From Ichthyobacteriaceae bacterium (lineage in GTDB: Bacteria; Bacteroidota; Bacteroidia; Flavobacteriales; JADGDT01): DNA of 64,000 nt. Below, piece by piece: positions 51,267-61,776 of the stretch. Where the stretch lies: NCBI GenBank assembly GCA_023145615.1, contig JAGLDK010000008.1:9837-73836 (forward strand). The letters are read 5' to 3'. The notes beneath the pieces were generated by a model that was given only the letters and a program-made list of their open reading frames with translations, did no database searches and was not told the origin of the DNA. The number at the start of each line of letters is the position of its first letter. Positions within the stretch are counted from its first letter, which is position 1. The position numbers and the translations under genes are program-made.

Positions 51267-52433
51267 ATGAGTAACAAAATTACTTCTCTTTTAGTACTAC
51301 TAACTATTTTCACTTTTTCAACAAGTGTAAATGCTCAAGAAACTGAAGAAATCAAACCTAAATTTAAAATAGGTGGTTTTATTAAAACCGATTTTATTAC
51401 AACACAGTATAACAATGGAAATGCTGAAAAGGGTAACTTTTTAAATGATTTTCATTTAGCTTCGAAACTACCAGTAGGTAATATTGATAGAAATATCAAT
51501 ACTAATTTTCATGTAAAAGAATCGAGATTAAACTTAACTGTAAACCACAAAATTGGAGATAATACATTAAAAGCTTTTGCTGAAATTGATTTTATGCTTT
51601 CTCCTTCGGGAAACTCAATTATTAGTAATTCGTTTGCACCCCGTTTAAGACACTTTTTTGTAAACTATAACAATTTTACTTTCGGACAAACTTGGAGTAC
51701 ATTTATGATTGTAACCCTTCCGGATGATTTAGATTTTACAGGAGCAGGAGAAGGTATTGTATTTGTTCGTCAACCATTAATTAAATATTCTACTAATGGA
51801 TGGCAATTTGCATTAGAAAACCCTACAAGTACATACATGTATTCTAATGCTGAAATTAATGATAAACAACATTACACTAAACAAACTAAAGTAAACGATC
51901 TTGTGCCTGATGCAATTATTCGTAAAGACTTTAAAGGAGATTGGGGAAATTTTTCGGTATCAACAATATTCAGAAATGTACATGTTGACAATAACGATTC
52001 TGATTATTTTGGATACGGAACAACTTTAGGTGGTAAATTTAATGTTGGAGAAAAAGATGATATTAGATTTACAGTTGCTGGAGGTCATGGAATTGGACGC
52101 TACGTTGCTTTAGGTTTAGTAACAGCCGGAGAATTAAATGCTGATAATGAATTTAAAACACTTCCGGTAGCAAATGGTTACGTTAGTTATTTACACCATT
52201 GGAATAACAAATTCCGATCAAGCATAAATGCATCTGCATTATATGCCGAAACTAGTATATTAAAAAATACTGAAGGTACTAAATCAGCATATAGTGGATC
52301 GGCAAACCTAATATACTCTCCGGTAGCTGGGTTTTTAGTAGGTGCCGAGTATATGTATGCTTACAGAGAATTAACTAATAAAACTGAAGGTAGCTTTAAT
52401 AGACTTCAATTTTCTGCTAAATATTCTTTCTAA
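51267..52433 (+). CDS. DcaP family outer-membrane porin
   Basis: Signal peptide, GGFIK.D, ESRL, EIDF, PRLRH, GQTWSTF, VRQPLI.Y, PD and C-terminal RLQFSAKYSF. Confidence 0.88.
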   Translation: MSNKITSLLVLLTIFTFSTSVNAQETEEIKPKFKIGGFIKTDFITTQYNNGNAEKGNFLNDFHLASKLPVGNIDRNINTNFHVKESRLNLTVNHKIGDNTLKAFAEIDFMLSPSGNSIISNSFAPRLRHFFVNYNNFTFGQTWSTFMIVTLPDDLDFTGAGEGIVFVRQPLIKYSTNGWQFALENPTSTYMYSNAEINDKQHYTKQTKVNDLVPDAIIRKDFKGDWGNFSVSTIFRNVHVDNNDSDYFGYGTTLGGKFNVGEKDDIRFTVAGGHGIGRYVALGLVTAGELNADNEFKTLPVANGYVSYLHHWNNKFRSSINASALYAETSILKNTEGTKSAYSGSANLIYSPVAGFLVGAEYMYAYRELTNKTEGSFNRLQFSAKYSF

Positions 52434-52462
52434 AAAAATATTACTTTAATAATAAATATACT

Positions 52463-52493
52463 AAAGCTGAGATGTAAATCTCGGCTTTTTTTT
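52463..52493 (+). terminator. Intrinsic terminator
   Basis: AAAGCTGAGAT-gtaa-ATCTCGGCTTTTTTTT. Confidence 0.85.
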
Positions 52494-52612
52494 GTCTAAA
52501 ATTTTAAAGAACTTCATACTCTATTCTTTCAAAAGCAAAATTTTTATATTCTAACATTATTATTTTGTCTCTATTTTTATTCGTAGATTGTAAGTAGCTA
52601 ACCCTAAATACT

Positions 52613-53503
52613 ATGAAAATGGAAACACCATTCCCTAAAATAAGTATTGTTACTGTAAATTTTAATCAACCAGAAGTAACCGAAGATTTATTAAAAAGTT
52701 TAAAGAACATTAGTTACCCAAATTACGAAGTATTTGTAGTTGACAATGGATCATCAAACAACAATTTATCTCTTCTTGAAAACAAATATCCCGATATAAA
52801 TTTCATATATAGTTCCGAAAATTTGGGCTTTGCAGGTGGTAATAATTTAGCAATGAAACTAACTACCGGAGATGCTGTATTATATATTAATAACGATGTT
52901 GAAGTTCCGAAATCGTTTTTAGAACCTTTGGTTAAAAGATTGTATTCTGAAAAAAACATAGGAATGGTAAGTCCTAAAATAAAATTCCACCACACCCCTA
53001 CTCATATTCAATATGCTGGTGCAACAAAAATGAATCCTTTAACTATAAGCAATAAGCAAATAGGATATAACGAAAAAGATATAGGGCAATACAATCAATC
53101 AAGACAAACAAATTATGCACATGGGGCATGTATGTTAGTTTCAAAAGATGCAATTGACTCAATTGGATATATGGAGAATACATTTTTTCTTTATTACGAA
53201 GAAATTGATTGGTGTGAGCGTATTAAAAAAGGTGGATACAAAATTTGGTACGAAGCTAATTCTGAAATTTATCATAAAGAATCTATCTCAACAGGTAAAA
53301 ACTCTCCTTTAAAAACATACTATTTAACACGGAATAGATTGTACTACGCCAAAAGAAATCAAAGCAAAATTGATTACGCAATTGGAGTATCGTATTTTAC
53401 ATTGTTTTCTATACCCGTAAACACTATAAAATATGTTTTTAAAATGGAAATTGATTTATTAAAGTCTTTTTACAAAGGAATAAAGTGGAATCTAGTAAGG
53501 TAA
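52613..53503 (+). CDS. GT2 glycosyltransferase
   Basis: VVDNGS, NLGFAGGNN, NND and FFLYYEE.DW motifs. Confidence 0.92.
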   Translation: MKMETPFPKISIVTVNFNQPEVTEDLLKSLKNISYPNYEVFVVDNGSSNNNLSLLENKYPDINFIYSSENLGFAGGNNLAMKLTTGDAVLYINNDVEVPKSFLEPLVKRLYSEKNIGMVSPKIKFHHTPTHIQYAGATKMNPLTISNKQIGYNEKDIGQYNQSRQTNYAHGACMLVSKDAIDSIGYMENTFFLYYEEIDWCERIKKGGYKIWYEANSEIYHKESISTGKNSPLKTYYLTRNRLYYAKRNQSKIDYAIGVSYFTLFSIPVNTIKYVFKMEIDLLKSFYKGIKWNLVR

Positions 53504-53509
53504 TTTATC

Positions 53510-54742
53510 ATGGAATATTTAGAAAAAGTATTATCAACAGCACTTTTTGTGTTTTTTATTTATGCTTGGTTTTCGGTATCGTACATCTTTTTTTATTCGT
53601 TTTTAGGTTTATTTAAAACAAAAAAACGAACAATACGTAAAGTAAAAAACAAACTCCGCAAATTTGTAGTTTACATACCTGCGTACAAAGAAGATGCAGT
53701 TATAGTTGATGTAGCAAACACTGCAATGAAACAAAACTACAATAAAAAATTATTTGATGTGGTTGTAATTGCCGACAGCCTAAAAACTGAAACACTTAAT
53801 AAGTTAAGAAAAAACAATATTGAGGTAATTGAGGTTTCATTTGAAAAAAGCACAAAATCGAAAGCTTTAAATTTTGCAATGAAAAATGTAGAGCCTCTTA
53901 AATACGATGTGGCTTTAATACTTGATGCAGATAATGTTATGAAAGATGATTTTTTAACAAATATTAATATGGCCTTTAATAGAGGTTTTCAGGTTGTTCA
54001 AGGTCATAGAATTGCAAAAAACTTAGATACTAATTATGCTATTTTAGATGCTATATCCGAAGAAATAAACAATAATATTTATAGTGTAGGACATAGAGTT
54101 ATTGGAATGTCATCGAGGTTAATTGGGTCGGGCATGGCCTTTGATTTCGAATTATTCCGTAAAACTATGAAAGATATTAATGCTGTTGGCGGATTTGATA
54201 AAGAACTAGAATTGAAGTTAATGAAATCGAAATACGTTTTTGAATATGTTGAAAATGCTTACGTTTATGACGAAAAAGTTAATAATGCAACAGTAATGAC
54301 AAATCAAAGATCGAGATGGATTTCTGCACAATTTTATTATTTACGCAGATATTTACTTTCGTCGATTTATCATTTAGTAAAAGATTTTAATTTAGATTTT
54401 TTCAACAAAGCTCTACAAATGGCACTGCCTCCAAGAGTACTACTTCCTGGCGTGTTATTTTTTATAACAATTATTGCTTTAATAACAAGTCAAAGCAGAG
54501 AGGTTTATACATTCGGAACTTTATTTATGGTAAATATAATAGCTTATGTAATAGCTATTCCACGCAAATTTTACAATAAAAAAACATTGGATGCTGTAAT
54601 TTACGGAATCCCAAATATTTTCTTAAAAACATTATTATCGATAGGCAAAATGACTAAAGCTAATAAAACTTTCATACACACTCCACACACAAATACTAAG
54701 GTTGACGAATCGATTACAAAAAAAAATAAATTTAAGGTTTAG
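53510..54742 (+). CDS. GT2 membrane glycosyltransferase (cellulose-synthase-like)
   Basis: N-terminal TM helix, PAYKED, DAD, QRSRW (QxxRW) and C-terminal TM helices. Confidence 0.88.
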   Translation: MEYLEKVLSTALFVFFIYAWFSVSYIFFYSFLGLFKTKKRTIRKVKNKLRKFVVYIPAYKEDAVIVDVANTAMKQNYNKKLFDVVVIADSLKTETLNKLRKNNIEVIEVSFEKSTKSKALNFAMKNVEPLKYDVALILDADNVMKDDFLTNINMAFNRGFQVVQGHRIAKNLDTNYAILDAISEEINNNIYSVGHRVIGMSSRLIGSGMAFDFELFRKTMKDINAVGGFDKELELKLMKSKYVFEYVENAYVYDEKVNNATVMTNQRSRWISAQFYYLRRYLLSSIYHLVKDFNLDFFNKALQMALPPRVLLPGVLFFITIIALITSQSREVYTFGTLFMVNIIAYVIAIPRKFYNKKTLDAVIYGIPNIFLKTLLSIGKMTKANKTFIHTPHTNTKVDESITKKNKFKV

Positions 54743-54863
54743 TAATTTTAAACTGCATCTTAGTTTATTTCAATACTAAAATTAGAGTTATAAAAGAGTA
54801 GTTTACATTTTATATTACAACTATACTTTTATAATTCTTCAGTTCAACTAAAACCCAAAAATC

Positions 54864-56045
54864 ATGAGAATTGGAATAGAAGCGCAAAGAATTTTCAGAA
54901 AGAAAAAACACGGCATGGATATTTATGCTTTAGAATTAATACGCCATTTACAACAAATTGACAAAATAAATAAATATTTTGTTTTTGTAAATCCAGGAGA
55001 AGACAGTAATTGTTTGCACGAAACCCAAAATTTTAAAATAGTAACTCAAGAAGGAGTTTACCCTGTTTGGGAACAATATTACTTGCCAAAACTTACAAGA
55101 AAATACAATTTAGATTTACTTCATAGCACATCAAATACAACTCCAATTTTTATTAACATACCTTTAGTTGTAACATTACACGATATAATATTTTTAGATA
55201 ATTCGTTGCTATTAAATTCAAACTTTACAGTTTATCAATATTTCGGAAATATTTACAGAAATATTATTGTATCAATACTATTAAGAAAACAGATTAATTG
55301 GATTACTGTTTCGAATAGTGAAAAGGAAGAAATATCAAAAAAAATAAAACATACCCAGAGTAGCATAAAAGTAATTTACAACGGATTATCAAACTCTTTC
55401 AAGAAAAACAATAATGCAACTGAACTTAAAAATGTTGCTGAAAAATATAAACTTCCCAAAAATTTCATATTAAATATAGGAAATACCGATCCTAAAAAAA
55501 ACACTGAAAAAAGTATTGCATCAACAGCTTTGTATAAAAAAGAAACTAATTCGGATATTAAAATAGTTATAATAGATTATGACATATTAGGAATTGAAAA
55601 AATACTTGAAAAGCACGATGCTATACATTTAATAAACGATTATATATGTATTGGATATGTTGATAATGCAGATATGTCAACAATTTTTAGTTTGGCAAAT
55701 ATGTTATTATTTACATCGGTACGAGAGAGTTTCGGAATACCTGTTATTGAAGCAATGTCGTGCGAGTGCCCTGTTGTGGTTTCTAATATAAGCTGTTTAA
55801 TTGAAATTTCTGATGGGTCAACTTGTGTTGTTAATCAGCATAGTATAAATGATATAAAAATAGGAATTAAAAAAGTTTTAGAAAATAAGGAGTACAGAAA
55901 TGAACTTATTTTTAAAGGTATAGCCAAAGCAAAAGAATTTTCGTGGACAAATTGCGCAACTGAAACTCTTAGTAAATACGAAGAAGTAATTAGCCCCGAC
56001 ACAAATAAACACTCGTATAAATCGCCCGTAAAAAACCTAAACTAA
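54864..56045 (+). CDS. GT4 glycosyltransferase
   Basis: MRIGIEAQRIFRKKKHGMD, TLHD, PKKN and ESFGIPVIEAM motifs. Confidence 0.92.
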   Translation: MRIGIEAQRIFRKKKHGMDIYALELIRHLQQIDKINKYFVFVNPGEDSNCLHETQNFKIVTQEGVYPVWEQYYLPKLTRKYNLDLLHSTSNTTPIFINIPLVVTLHDIIFLDNSLLLNSNFTVYQYFGNIYRNIIVSILLRKQINWITVSNSEKEEISKKIKHTQSSIKVIYNGLSNSFKKNNNATELKNVAEKYKLPKNFILNIGNTDPKKNTEKSIASTALYKKETNSDIKIVIIDYDILGIEKILEKHDAIHLINDYICIGYVDNADMSTIFSLANMLLFTSVRESFGIPVIEAMSCECPVVVSNISCLIEISDGSTCVVNQHSINDIKIGIKKVLENKEYRNELIFKGIAKAKEFSWTNCATETLSKYEEVISPDTNKHSYKSPVKNLN

Positions 56046-56051
56046 CGTATT

Positions 56052-57245
56052 ATGAATTTAAATGAGTTATTGTTCTTTACAATGTTATTTACCATTTTCT
56101 ACACTTATATTGGTTATGGAATTGTAATTTTTACTTTAGTTAAAGTAAAAAGGATTTTCGGAAAAAATAAAACTGACAATTCTAATTATTTCGAACCCGA
56201 AGTTACTTTGGTTGTTCCGGCTTATAATGAGGAAGATTTTATTGATGAAAAAGTTAAAAATAGTTTAGAGTTAGATTATCCTAAAAACAAATTGAAAATA
56301 ATTTTTATTGCCGATGGATCTAACGACGGTACTGTTGACAAACTTAATATGTATAACGAAATTACAGTTTTATACGATGATATTAGAGCAGGAAAATCGG
56401 CTGCCGAAAATAGAGCTATGAAGTTTGTAAAAACTCCTTTTGTTATTTTTTGTGATGCAAATACTTACCTAAATAAAAATGCGGTTAAAGAAATAGTTAA
56501 GCATTATAAGGATGATAATATTGGCGGTGTATCAGGAGAAAAAAGAATTTATACCAAAAATACTGAAATGGCAAGTGGTTCTGAAGGCTTGTATTGGAAA
56601 TACGAATCGTTCTTAAAAAAAATGGATTCCGAATTTTATACAATAGTTGGTGCAGCTGGAGAATTAGTTTCGTTTAGATGTAGTTTAGTTGAAGATTTAG
56701 AAAATGACACCATTTTAGATGATTTTATACAATCGATGCGCATAGTAGAAAAAAAATACAGGTTTGTGTACGAACCAAATGCTTATGCAATGGAAACTCC
56801 ATCAGAATCGGTTAAAGAAGAATTAAAGAGAAAAGTAAGAATTGCAGCAGGAGGTTGGCAAGCAATGTTTAGATTAAAAAGTATTTTAAATCCTTTAACT
56901 CAACCTGTAGTATTTTTTCAATATGTATCTCATAGAGTTTTAAGATGGAGTGTTACTCCTGTTTTATTGATACTAGCTTTTTTTCAAAATATTACTCTAT
57001 TAAATTCTGATAGTAATATTTTTACATACACAATGATTGCTCAACTAACTTTTTACACACTTGCTATTTTAGGTTGGTATTTAGAGAACAAACAAATTAA
57101 AATAAAAGCATTTTTTGTTCCATATTATTTTACAATGATGAATTATGCTGTTATTGCAGGATTTATACGCTTTGTAAAAGGAAGCCAAAAATCGGCATGG
57201 GAAAGATCGAAAAGAGCTAGTGGCGTTAAAAATATGGTTGGATAA
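56052..57245 (+). CDS. GT2 membrane glycosyltransferase (CESA-like/PgaC-like)
   Basis: YTY.GY TM helix, PAYNEE, DGS.D, DAN, YWKYE, LDDF and RK.RIAAGG.Q motifs. Confidence 0.9.
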   Translation: MNLNELLFFTMLFTIFYTYIGYGIVIFTLVKVKRIFGKNKTDNSNYFEPEVTLVVPAYNEEDFIDEKVKNSLELDYPKNKLKIIFIADGSNDGTVDKLNMYNEITVLYDDIRAGKSAAENRAMKFVKTPFVIFCDANTYLNKNAVKEIVKHYKDDNIGGVSGEKRIYTKNTEMASGSEGLYWKYESFLKKMDSEFYTIVGAAGELVSFRCSLVEDLENDTILDDFIQSMRIVEKKYRFVYEPNAYAMETPSESVKEELKRKVRIAAGGWQAMFRLKSILNPLTQPVVFFQYVSHRVLRWSVTPVLLILAFFQNITLLNSDSNIFTYTMIAQLTFYTLAILGWYLENKQIKIKAFFVPYYFTMMNYAVIAGFIRFVKGSQKSAWERSKRASGVKNMVG

Positions 57246-57263
57246 TTTATTCATCATCTCCCA

Positions 57264-57313
57264 AAAAAAAACTAAACCCCTTTACTGATTAGTAAAGGGG
57301 TTTAGTTTTTTTT
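57264..57313. terminator. Bidirectional intrinsic terminator
   Basis: AAAAAAAACTAAACCCCTTTACT-gatt-AGTAAAGGGGTTTAGTTTTTTTT. Confidence 0.92.
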
Positions 57314-57354
57314 ATAGATATTTAAATAACTTAGATTCAACTAAATAATCACAA

Positions 57355-57993
57355 TTATTTATTCTTTTCATTAACCAACAATACAACAAAAGGGATTAAA
57401 ACCAATGCAATTGTAATCCACGATTGAGATAACACAGAAGGTATTAGAATAATTGTAAGTAATATACCAGCAATTCCTCCTCCTAAATGTGCGCTATGAC
57501 CAATATTCCCAACCTGATTTTTCATTCCATAAATAGAGTATAAAACATACCCTATTCCAAACAACCAACCCGGAATAGCAATTGGTAAAGGAAATATATA
57601 CAGGCTCATACTTGGTATTAATATTATGGCAGAAAACAATATTCCACTTACCGCACCCGATGCTCCTATTGCAGAATATAATGGATCTTTTTTATTAAAA
57701 TAAACCGATATTAAATTACCCAACACCAACGATCCTAAATAGATTATAATGAAATAAGTTGGTCCTACTACCTTTAAAACTTCGGGGCCGAAAAAAAACA
57801 AGGTAAACATATTGAATATAAAATGAGTCCAGCTTCCGTGTAAAAAACCCGAACTAACTAATCGTACATATTCTTTGTTATGAATTATACTTCCAACCCT
57901 AAGCATATACTTTCCGAAAAAACTATTATCGTTTAATCCTTGATAAGTAACTATTGCATTAACTGCAATTAATAAAAACACAATATTATTCAT
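57355..57993 (-). CDS. Rhomboid family intramembrane serine protease
   Basis: FLH....H..FNM, GASG and AHLGG motifs. Confidence 0.94.
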   Translation of the reverse strand: MNNIVFLLIAVNAIVTYQGLNDNSFFGKYMLRVGSIIHNKEYVRLVSSGFLHGSWTHFIFNMFTLFFFGPEVLKVVGPTYFIIIYLGSLVLGNLISVYFNKKDPLYSAIGASGAVSGILFSAIILIPSMSLYIFPLPIAIPGWLFGIGYVLYSIYGMKNQVGNIGHSAHLGGGIAGILLTIILIPSVLSQSWITIALVLIPFVVLLVNEKNK

Positions 57994-58666
57994 CTTGATT
58001 GTTTTTTAGATACTTCTCTAAAATTGATTCTGAATTTTTAACCGATTTCATTGACCAATTATACTCTAAAGCAAACTTTTCTTCATCGGTTAATTCCCAT
58101 TTTACATCGCTATTTTTCAGTTTATCAACAATTGATTGCAAAATAATAGCAACCGAACTTGATATATTTAAACTTTCGGTAAACCCATACATTGGAATTT
58201 TTATATAACCATCGGCTTGATCAATTATATTTTTAGAAAGTCCTTCTTTTTCTTGTCCAAAAAATATAGCCGAAGGCTTTGTAATATCAAATTCCATTGG
58301 CGATGTAGATCCATAATGAGGAGATGTAGCAATAATTTGATACCCTTTTTTACGCATTGCATCAATAGCAGGTTGCGTATTATCAACCCCTATTTCGTTA
58401 AAAGAATGTACATCAACCCATTTATCCGCACCTTTTGCAACGTGTGTGCTTAAATTAAATTGATGTAATCGTTCGGTAACATTTAAATCCTGAATTCCGA
58501 AAATATCGCACGATCGAAGTATTGCACTTGCGTTATGCGATTGAAAAGGATCTTCAACAACAACTGTAAAATGTTTAGTACGCTGATTAATTACTTTTCT
58601 GATAGTTTTAACCCTATTCTCAGTCATAAAACCTTGAATGTATTCTAAAATTTCCTTTTTCTCCAT
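57986..58666 (-). CDS. TrmH/SpoU family RNA 2'-O-methyltransferase
   Basis: HNASAILRSCD.FG, FGQEKEGLS and IPMYGFTESLNIS motifs. Confidence 0.92.
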   Translation of the reverse strand: MEKKEILEYIQGFMTENRVKTIRKVINQRTKHFTVVVEDPFQSHNASAILRSCDIFGIQDLNVTERLHQFNLSTHVAKGADKWVDVHSFNEIGVDNTQPAIDAMRKKGYQIIATSPHYGSTSPMEFDITKPSAIFFGQEKEGLSKNIIDQADGYIKIPMYGFTESLNISSSVAIILQSIVDKLKNSDVKWELTDEEKFALEYNWSMKSVKNSESILEKYLKNNQDE

Positions 58667-58759
58667 CGTTTAATTATTTACTAAAGTTACGGTTGAATTT
58701 AAGAAGTAATAAAAAATAAAGTGGTGTATATTTGTGGGCGTTGTAAAAATTATAATATT

Positions 58760-59527
58760 TTATCTATCATCGAAAACTCCAATACCAAACAGTGCAAAAT
58801 CGTATTTAACAGGGTCGTTAGCATCTAATATACGTAATTGTGTATCTAATTCGGCAACAGCTTTCCAATCGTTTTGTTTTCGGTTTAACATATTTAATTC
58901 TCTGGCAATTCTACCTGAATGTACATCTAAAGGAATTGATAATTTTGAAGGTGAAATGTTTTTCCACAAACCAAAATCAACACCATTATTATCATTTCTA
59001 ACCATCCAACGTAAATACATATTTATTCTTTTGGCTGCACTTCCTTTTAGCGGATTAGAAATATGCTTGGTTGTACGTGCCAAATGCTCTTCTTCGAAAA
59101 ATGCAGTTTTAAGCTGAAAAATTGAATCCTTCATATCTACTTCTCCTTGATGTTTAGTAAAAACACCCTCTAAACCGTTGTGGTTTGTATAAATATGTTT
59201 CAACGATTTTATAAACTGAATAAAATCATTTCCGTTAAAAGTTCGGTGTACAAATTGTTTCAACAAATCAACATCCGAATCTTTATGATTCATAATAAAA
59301 TCTGATGGCGAATTATCCATAAGCTCCATCATTTTATTACAATTTCGGATAATCATTTTTCTATTTCCCCAAGCAATTGTAGCCGCCAAAAAACCTGCAA
59401 TTTCAATATCTTCTTTTTTATTAAATCTATGCGGAATTTGAATAGGATCCGATTCAATAAATTCTAATCTATTATACTTATCAACTTTTTCGTCTAAGTA
59501 ATTTTTTAACTGTACCTCATTCATCAT
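58760..59527 (-). CDS. TIGR02757 family protein (DUF2400)
   Basis: DPIQIPH, AWGNR, SAAKR.NMYLRWMVR, PLDVH and DPVKYDFALFG. -7 box TATTTTTG at 59581-59588. Confidence 0.92.
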   Translation of the reverse strand: MMNEVQLKNYLDEKVDKYNRLEFIESDPIQIPHRFNKKEDIEIAGFLAATIAWGNRKMIIRNCNKMMELMDNSPSDFIMNHKDSDVDLLKQFVHRTFNGNDFIQFIKSLKHIYTNHNGLEGVFTKHQGEVDMKDSIFQLKTAFFEEEHLARTTKHISNPLKGSAAKRINMYLRWMVRNDNNGVDFGLWKNISPSKLSIPLDVHSGRIARELNMLNRKQNDWKAVAELDTQLRILDANDPVKYDFALFGIGVFDDR

Positions 59528-59689
59528 ATAAATAGCTTGCTTCTTTTCAGTTAAATTAAAAATGGTGCAATTTGGTTCTGCAAAAATACATAAACTTTAA
59601 AAGTTTACACAAAATCAAATAACACCAATTTATATGTCTAAATTTTATTTACAACAATTAGTTACATAAAATAAATATTCAAACAAATA

Positions 59690-60448
59690 TTATTTCATAT
59701 CATTAAGTTTAATAACCAATAACTTAAGGTAATCAATAGCTTTAATTATTCTTGAACCGTACCATGAAAACATTTTATGATCTATTACAAAAGTTTCTGC
59801 ATCATGGGTTTGACTAACAATACTAATAATATCTCCATCGCTAAACTCTTCTGGCAAAAACACCAAATCAGGATTTGCAATATGAATATTTGCTCCTGTT
59901 ACAACAGGATATCGTTCTTTTAAATTGGCAAATACGTTTTTTACATTAATTAATTCCATCATAGAACTTATAAAAGTATGGTTACCAGCAGCAATCCATG
60001 GGCTATTTAAAACAAAATAAATACCATTTCTAAACAAAAGTCCTTCTTTTACTTTTTCTAAATCTTTAAGCTGAAGTTCAATTTTAGTAATTATTTTTTG
60101 TGCTTCCAGAGTTTTGCTAAGCAAAGATCCTACTTCTGTAATAAGCTCAATTGCATCTTCAATATTTCTAACATCAATACTAAAAACATTAAAATTATTG
60201 GTTAATTCTAATAAAGTATCGTCATCATAATCGTCAACAGAAACAAATATAATATCCGGATTAAGTCCTTTTATTTTTTCAAAATCAACAGTCTCATTAT
60301 TCGATACTATAGTTTTTTCTATCTGAAAATATTTAGGAATTACACATTTTGATGTTACTCCTTTTAATTGTTTTTCGGCATTAATATCATATATCAACTC
60401 ACTTATGGTTGGAGACAATGATATTATTGAAGTAAATTTTGGTTTCAT
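59690..60448 (-). CDS. Helical-backbone metal receptor (BtuF-like ABC substrate-binding fold)
   Basis: IISLSPTISE, L.GV...C..P, LNPD, AG..TFI, RYP and FSWYGSR motifs. Confidence 0.82.
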   Translation of the reverse strand: MKPKFTSIISLSPTISELIYDINAEKQLKGVTSKCVIPKYFQIEKTIVSNNETVDFEKIKGLNPDIIFVSVDDYDDDTLLELTNNFNVFSIDVRNIEDAIELITEVGSLLSKTLEAQKIITKIELQLKDLEKVKEGLLFRNGIYFVLNSPWIAAGNHTFISSMMELINVKNVFANLKERYPVVTGANIHIANPDLVFLPEEFSDGDIISIVSQTHDAETFVIDHKMFSWYGSRIIKAIDYLKLLVIKLNDMK

Positions 60449-60545
60449 TTGGTGTGGTTTTTAATATAATAATCTGCTATAAATATGTATTTAAAAGTTA
60501 ATGTAAATAAAAAAAATCTATTATATCAAACTATTATAAACAAAT

Positions 60546-60572
60546 AAAGGCTACTAATACAGTAGCCTTTTT
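60546..60572 (-). terminator. Terminator-like hairpin downstream of galE
   Basis: AAAGGCTACT-aatac-AGTAGCCTTT. Confidence 0.7.
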
Positions 60573-60589
60573 ATATTATTAATTAAATT

Positions 60590-61612
60590 TTATTTTAACG
60601 ATAGTAGGTATTGCTCCCATTTCCAAGCCGATGAAGTCATTTCATCTAAAGTTTTTTCTGCTTTCCAACCAAGTACGTCATTTGCTTTTGTAGTTGAAGC
60701 ATAAGTTTGCTCAATATCTCCATCTCTACGTGGAGCGTAAGAATAATTTAACTCAACACCTGTTGATTTTACAAAAGAATCAATAACCTGTTTTACAGAA
60801 AAACCGTTTCCAGTACCTAAATTAAATACTTCATACTGTTTATCCGACTTGCTTTCTATTAAACGCTCAACAGCTTTAACATGGGCTTTTGCCAAATCAA
60901 CAACATGAATATAATCTCTTACAGCAGTACCATCAACTGTATTATAATCTGTTCCAAAAACCTTTAATTCATCTCTCATACCTATTGCAGTTTGAGTAAT
61001 AAATGGCATTAAATTGTTTGGTACACCAGTTGGGCTTTCTCCATTTTCTCCTGATTCGTGTGCTCCTACCGGATTAAAATATCTTAATGCTATTGCCTTT
61101 AAATTTGTATCGGCAACAGTTTGATCTTGCAACATCTCCTCTCCTATTTGCTTTGTTCTACCATAAGGCGATTCAGCAGGTTTTATTGGAGTATCTTCGG
61201 TAACAGGCAACACGTCGGGCTGACCATAAACTGTACACGACGATGAAAATACTATTCCACTAACATTATTTTCTTTCATAGCATCTAAAACATTTGCTAA
61301 CGAAACCAAGTTGTTTTTATAGTATTTCATAGGAAATTGAACCGACTCTCCTACTGCTTTATAAGCTGCAAAATGAATTACTGCATCAATATCATAATCC
61401 TCGAAAAAATCATCAACTTTAGCACTATCTCTAAGTTTAAACTGTTCGAAAACAGGACGTTTTCCACTTAACTTTTCTATCCTATCTAAAACATCAATTG
61501 TAGAGTTAGATAAATCGTCGATAATAAGTACTTCGTATCCGTTTTTTATCAATTCAATAGCAGTGTGCGAACCAATATATCCAGTACCCCCGGTAACAAG
61601 TATTTTTTTCAT
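60590..61612 (-). CDS. galE: UDP-glucose 4-epimerase
   Basis: TGGTGYIGSHT, HFAAYKAVGES, SSSCTVYG, YGRTK, LRYFNP and RDYIHV motifs. Confidence 0.97.
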   Translation of the reverse strand: MKKILVTGGTGYIGSHTAIELIKNGYEVLIIDDLSNSTIDVLDRIEKLSGKRPVFEQFKLRDSAKVDDFFEDYDIDAVIHFAAYKAVGESVQFPMKYYKNNLVSLANVLDAMKENNVSGIVFSSSCTVYGQPDVLPVTEDTPIKPAESPYGRTKQIGEEMLQDQTVADTNLKAIALRYFNPVGAHESGENGESPTGVPNNLMPFITQTAIGMRDELKVFGTDYNTVDGTAVRDYIHVVDLAKAHVKAVERLIESKSDKQYEVFNLGTGNGFSVKQVIDSFVKSTGVELNYSYAPRRDGDIEQTYASTTKANDVLGWKAEKTLDEMTSSAWKWEQYLLSLK

Positions 61613-61702
61613 TTGGAAATGTTTTATTTATACAAACCCAAATGTAAACTTTATTTTATAAATAATAATAGTGTAGCCAAATTACATTTTATTTTAAAAC
61701 AC

Positions 61703-61743
61703 AAAAAACCTCTTTATATTATCAACATAAAGAGGTTTTTTTT
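61703..61743 (-). terminator. Intrinsic terminator
   Basis: AAAAAACCTCTTTAT...ATAAAGAGGTTTTTT. Confidence 0.8.
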
Positions 61744-61776
61744 ATTATAGTTTATTATTGTAATGCAATTTATTTA

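Noticed and set aside
58727..58734. Plus-strand TATATTTG promoter-like box pointing antisense into TIGR02757
   Set aside because: No properly spaced -33 element; such a match is expected by chance in AT-rich DNA.
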